In this document: piece by piece, positions 7,158-10,542 of the stretch | Numbering within the stretch: the first letter of the stretch is position 1 | Layout: each line of letters opens with the position of its first letter | From: Azolla caroliniana | Lineage: Eukaryota > Plantae > Polypodiophyta | Reading direction: 5' to 3' | DNA: 10,542 nucleotides | NCBI GenBank assembly: GCA_043228905.1 | Contig: JBHGNT010001265.1 | Coordinates: 1-10,542 of the forward strand | The notes under the pieces: model-generated | The model's database searches: none | What the model was told of the DNA's origin: nothing | Seen by the model: only the letters and a program-made list of their open reading frames with translations | Position numbers and translations under genes: made by a program

Positions 7158-7343
7158 GTAATGGGCGTATACATGGGTTATCTGAGATTACAGGTATAGA
7201 CTTAGGTTCTCGGACATATCAGCTTTGTTCGAGTCGGCAGGGTCCGAAGGCAGAAGACCGAACTGGTCGGGTCGGAACAGTCGAAGCCGATCATTAAGGA
7301 ACTGATGTCGGTTGTCGGGAACCATTCTGCTCTGTGTCCGGCT

Positions 7344-10300
7344 CTAACCGGACTGGTTTGTCGTTACGCCCATCTGATGCCGAAGAGACCGAAAACGGTC
7401 TGCCGAAAGACATTTGGTCATTCCATCTGCGACATTGTCGGTTGTGGATATTTTCTCTAGACCGATTTTCCCTGAGATGACGCAGTCCCGAACGAAGTGA
7501 TATCGAACGTCGATATGTTTGGAGGCGTTGTGGTGAACCGGATTTTTCGACAAGGCAACAGCACCTTGACTGTCGCTGTAGACAACTGGAGCCGAGTCAT
7601 GGTCGACTTGTCGAAACGTGTGCGCCAGCCGACCGAGCCACAAAGCTTCTTTTGCTGCGTCGGACGCAGCTACATATTCTGCTTCGGTCGTTGAGGTTGC
7701 TGTGCACTCTTGAAGTTTCGACTTCCACGAGATTGCTCCATTGCCGAATTTGAAGCAGTATCCGGTTGTTGATTTCCGACTGTCTATACAGCCGGCGAAG
7801 TCCGAGTCGGTGTAACCGACTACGCCTGAGGTTCGGTTCGGACCGAAAAGAATGCCGTGATCTTTTGTGCCAGCCAGATATCTGAACACATGCTTGACTG
7901 CGTTCCAATGCGATCGGCCAGGATTGTGCATAAATCTGCTGACGACTCCTACGGCGTGAGAAATATCAGGCCGTGTCGCGACCATCAGGTACATAAGGGA
8001 GCCGACTGCCGGTGCATACGGTACCGACTTCATATCTTCCCCCTCCGGACCGGATGTCGGGCAGTCTCGCTGAGAGAGCCGAAGATTCATGGGGAGCGGG
8101 GTTGAAGCAGATTTGGCTGATTGCATGTTGAAGCGTTCCAAGACACGTCCGATATAGTCGGTCTGAGACAAAAAAAGATGTCGTTTATCGCGATGCCGAC
8201 TAATCTTCATGCCAAGGATGTGTCGTGCCGGACCGAGGTCCTTCATGGCAAACTTCAACCGCAGTTGCCGAATGAGATCGGTGAGTTCGCCCGCGTGGCG
8301 TCCAGAGATTAGCATGTCGTCCACGTAGATGATGAGGAAGATGGGTGATCCATCTTGAGCTGTGTTGGTGAAGAGACAATGGTCCTCACCGCTTTTGGAG
8401 AAGCCGATCGATTGGATGAAGTCGTCGAACTTCTTGTACCATTGTCGTGGTGCCTGTTTGAGGCCGTATAGACTCTTCCTGAGTCGGCAGACTAGATGTT
8501 CTTGGCCGGTGGCCACGAAGCCTTTCGGCTGCTCCATATAAATTTCCTCGTCAAGATCACCATGGAGGAATGCTGTTTTGACATCTAGCTGAATCAGCTC
8601 CAAGTTGTCGGCTGCCACTACGCCGAGTAGGAAACGAAGGGTTGTCATTTTCACCACTGGTGAAAAAATCTCGTCGAAGTCGACGCCGTATTCTTGTCGG
8701 AAGCCCTTCGCAACCAATCTGGCCTTGTACTTTGGGGTGGTCGAATCAGACGTCTCTTTTAGTCGATAGACCCACTTGCAAGGAAGAGCACGTCGGTTCC
8801 TCGGTAATTCGACCAAATCCCAAGTCTTGTTTGCCCGAATGGAGTGCATTTCCGACTCCATCGCCAGATGCCAGGTGGCTGAATCGACAGATGTCGATGC
8901 TTCTTCGTAAGACGTCGGTTCGCCGGCGTCGGTGAAGAAAATTCCAGGAGAATATCTCTCCGGAGGTTGCGACAGTCTCTCGGATCGTCGAAGTAGGATT
9001 GGACTGGTCGCATCGGGTATCGAGGTCGGATGGTCCGAAACCGAATCATTCGGCTGTGCCGAGTCAGAGTTGTCTGAGTCGGTAGTGTAAGGTTCAGCTA
9101 CCCGTGAAGCTGACCGTGTGTTGAGAGCGGGGCCTTCTTGAAGGGTCGGCACATCGGAAAATGTTACCCTTCGGACTTCGATCGGTTTTTCGACAGATGG
9201 ATTCATAGCCGACTCGTTGAACACAACGTCCGAACTTCGAACGATTTGTCTGCGTTCGGGGTCCCAGAGTCGGTATCCCATTTCGCCGTCGGATCCATAT
9301 CCAAGGAAAATGCATTTCCTGGACCGAGGTGCAAGTTTGCGGCGATCATCTTTCGGAATAAGGGCATACGCCTCGCATCCGAAGATCCTCAGCTTGTCGT
9401 AATTCGGCTTTCTGCCGATCCATAGTTCCTGAGGGATTTGAAGTCCTAGAGGTCTACTTGGCGACATATTGATTATGTGTACTGCCGTGAGTAGAGCCTC
9501 TGCCCAGAAGCCATCCGACAGTCCGGAGTGTTGGAGCATGGAAACTATCCGTTCTTGGATTGTCCGATTCATTCGCTCTGCAATCCCGTTTTGCTCCGGA
9601 CTGTGTGGTGCCGTAAATTCACGTCGGATGCCGCGTTGTCGGCAGAATTTGACGAATTCTTCTGATTTGAACTCTCCCCCATTGTCGGTCCGAAGGCATT
9701 TCAGCTTTCGGTCGGTTTGATTTTCCACCATAGCGAGCCAATCGGTGAAGATCGAGAAGACCCGATCTTTGGTGCGAATTGGATAAGCCCACACTTTTCG
9801 AGTCGAATCGTCAATAAAAGTGACGAAGTAAGATGCACCGCCTAGGGACTGATGCGGCATTGGGCCACAGACGTCCGAATGGACTAAGTCGAGAGGTCTC
9901 ATTTCTCTTGGTGCTGATGTCGGGTGTGATGCGGCTGCTTGTTTGCCATACTGGCAGTGCTCGCAAAATTGATGGTCCGAGAAGGAGAGTTTGGGGATGT
10001 ATCCGGCTCTAGATAGGTGCGTGATGCCGGCCTTGCTGAGGTGTCCCAGTCTTCGGTGCCATAATGATGACACAGGAATATCCACCAAAAACAGGTTACC
10101 CTCTCTGAGCGTAACATGTAACGGATACAATGAGTGTATCTTGGGTCCTCTAGCAAGCAGGAGGTTCCCCCTGTGGAGTGTCCACCCTCCCGAAGAAAAG
10201 CCGGCACGAATGCCGTCTTCATCCAGTTGTCCGACTGAGATCAATGGCCTTGAGAGCTCGGGTACATGTCGGACATTGTGGAGTACAAGTGTAGAGCCAC

Positions 10301-10541
10301 CTGCAAGGTTGAGCTCTACTGTGCCGATTCCGATGATGTCACAGTGTTGTGAGTTGCCGACCCGAACTGAGTCGGAGTGACGGATCGTATATTGCCGAAA
10401 TTGGGACCGATGAGGAGTCACATGAAATGACGCACCCGAATCCAAGAGCCATGTGCTCGATTCTTCAGTCGTGAGCAGAACTTCTGAGCCGACTGGATTT
10501 TCGATTGATAGTATGTTCGGGTCGTCTGGTAGCACATCAGC
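7344..10541 (-). CDS. pol: Ty1/copia Pol polyprotein (protease, integrase, reverse transcriptase, RNase H), 5'-partial
   Basis: WLLDSGAS (PR); LWHRRLGH..CEHC, VHSDVCGP, LRTDNGGE..NGIAER, FLGY (IN); YKARLVAKG, DVKTAFL, SLYGLKQA, YVDD at 8316-8327 (RT); YTDSDFAG, TEAEY, YSDSQ, NVAD (RNase H). The frame is open to the window edge. Confidence 0.97.
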   Translation of the reverse strand, partial: ADVLPDDPNILSIENPVGSEVLLTTEESSTWLLDSGASFHVTPHRSQFRQYTIRHSDSVRVGNSQHCDIIGIGTVELNLAGGSTLVLHNVRHVPELSRPLISVGQLDEDGIRAGFSSGGWTLHRGNLLLARGPKIHSLYPLHVTLREGNLFLVDIPVSSLWHRRLGHLSKAGITHLSRAGYIPKLSFSDHQFCEHCQYGKQAAASHPTSAPREMRPLDLVHSDVCGPMPHQSLGGASYFVTFIDDSTRKVWAYPIRTKDRVFSIFTDWLAMVENQTDRKLKCLRTDNGGEFKSEEFVKFCRQRGIRREFTAPHSPEQNGIAERMNRTIQERIVSMLQHSGLSDGFWAEALLTAVHIINMSPSRPLGLQIPQELWIGRKPNYDKLRIFGCEAYALIPKDDRRKLAPRSRKCIFLGYGSDGEMGYRLWDPERRQIVRSSDVVFNESAMNPSVEKPIEVRRVTFSDVPTLQEGPALNTRSASRVAEPYTTDSDNSDSAQPNDSVSDHPTSIPDATSPILLRRSERLSQPPERYSPGIFFTDAGEPTSYEEASTSVDSATWHLAMESEMHSIRANKTWDLVELPRNRRALPCKWVYRLKETSDSTTPKYKARLVAKGFRQEYGVDFDEIFSPVVKMTTLRFLLGVVAADNLELIQLDVKTAFLHGDLDEEIYMEQPKGFVATGQEHLVCRLRKSLYGLKQAPRQWYKKFDDFIQSIGFSKSGEDHCLFTNTAQDGSPIFLIIYVDDMLISGRHAGELTDLIRQLRLKFAMKDLGPARHILGMKISRHRDKRHLFLSQTDYIGRVLERFNMQSAKSASTPLPMNLRLSQRDCPTSGPEGEDMKSVPYAPAVGSLMYLMVATRPDISHAVGVVSRFMHNPGRSHWNAVKHVFRYLAGTKDHGILFGPNRTSGVVGYTDSDFAGCIDSRKSTTGYCFKFGNGAISWKSKLQECTATSTTEAEYVAASDAAKEALWLGRLAHTFRQVDHDSAPVVYSDSQGAVALSKNPVHHNASKHIDVRYHFVRDCVISGKIGLEKISTTDNVADGMTKCLSADRFRSLRHQMGVTTNQSG

Positions 10542-10542
10542 T

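Larger units (their letters stand above)
6869..10542 (-). mobile_element. Element D: Ty1/copia LTR retrotransposon (Tnt1-like), 3' part
   Basis: PR-IN-RT-RH domain order, PPT and 3' LTR. The 5' part lies beyond the window. Confidence 0.95.

Noticed and set aside
7497-10380. Short ORFs overlapping copia pol
   Set aside because: Shadow ORFs of the pol frame.

Overview
Eukaryotic, most likely land-plant, repeat DNA made entirely of nested LTR retrotransposons; no host gene is visible. (A) A Ty3/gypsy-like host element on +: 5' LTR end at 439, tRNA-Trp PBS at 444-461, and a gag-zinc knuckle-protease ORF starting at 484. That ORF is split by a 4.1-kb insertion and rejoins in frame (YLEAY|RAEMIMRD). 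It ends at a GGATTTTTAG candidate -1 frameshift site (6756-6765). (B) A related element on - (646-4787), with a 4-bp TSD, a 517-bp 5' LTR and a tRNA-Trp PBS. Its decayed ORF of about 950 codons has a Gag-like N-terminus followed by tandem low-complexity repeats, and no protease or pol is visible. (C) A truncated LTR of a third related family (833-~1390) inserted in B's 3' LTR, carrying hairpin repeats and a tRNA-like A/B-box segment. (D) A Ty1/copia element on - (6869 to the window edge) inserted just after A's frameshift site, with an uninterrupted PR-IN-RT-RNaseH ORF, a PPT and a ~282-bp 3' LTR. I see no evidence of a wholly new biological system. The most interesting points are the frameshift signal, the Trp-primed/4-bp-TSD gypsy lineage with a position-fixed U5 motif, and B's repeat-extended Gag-like ORF.
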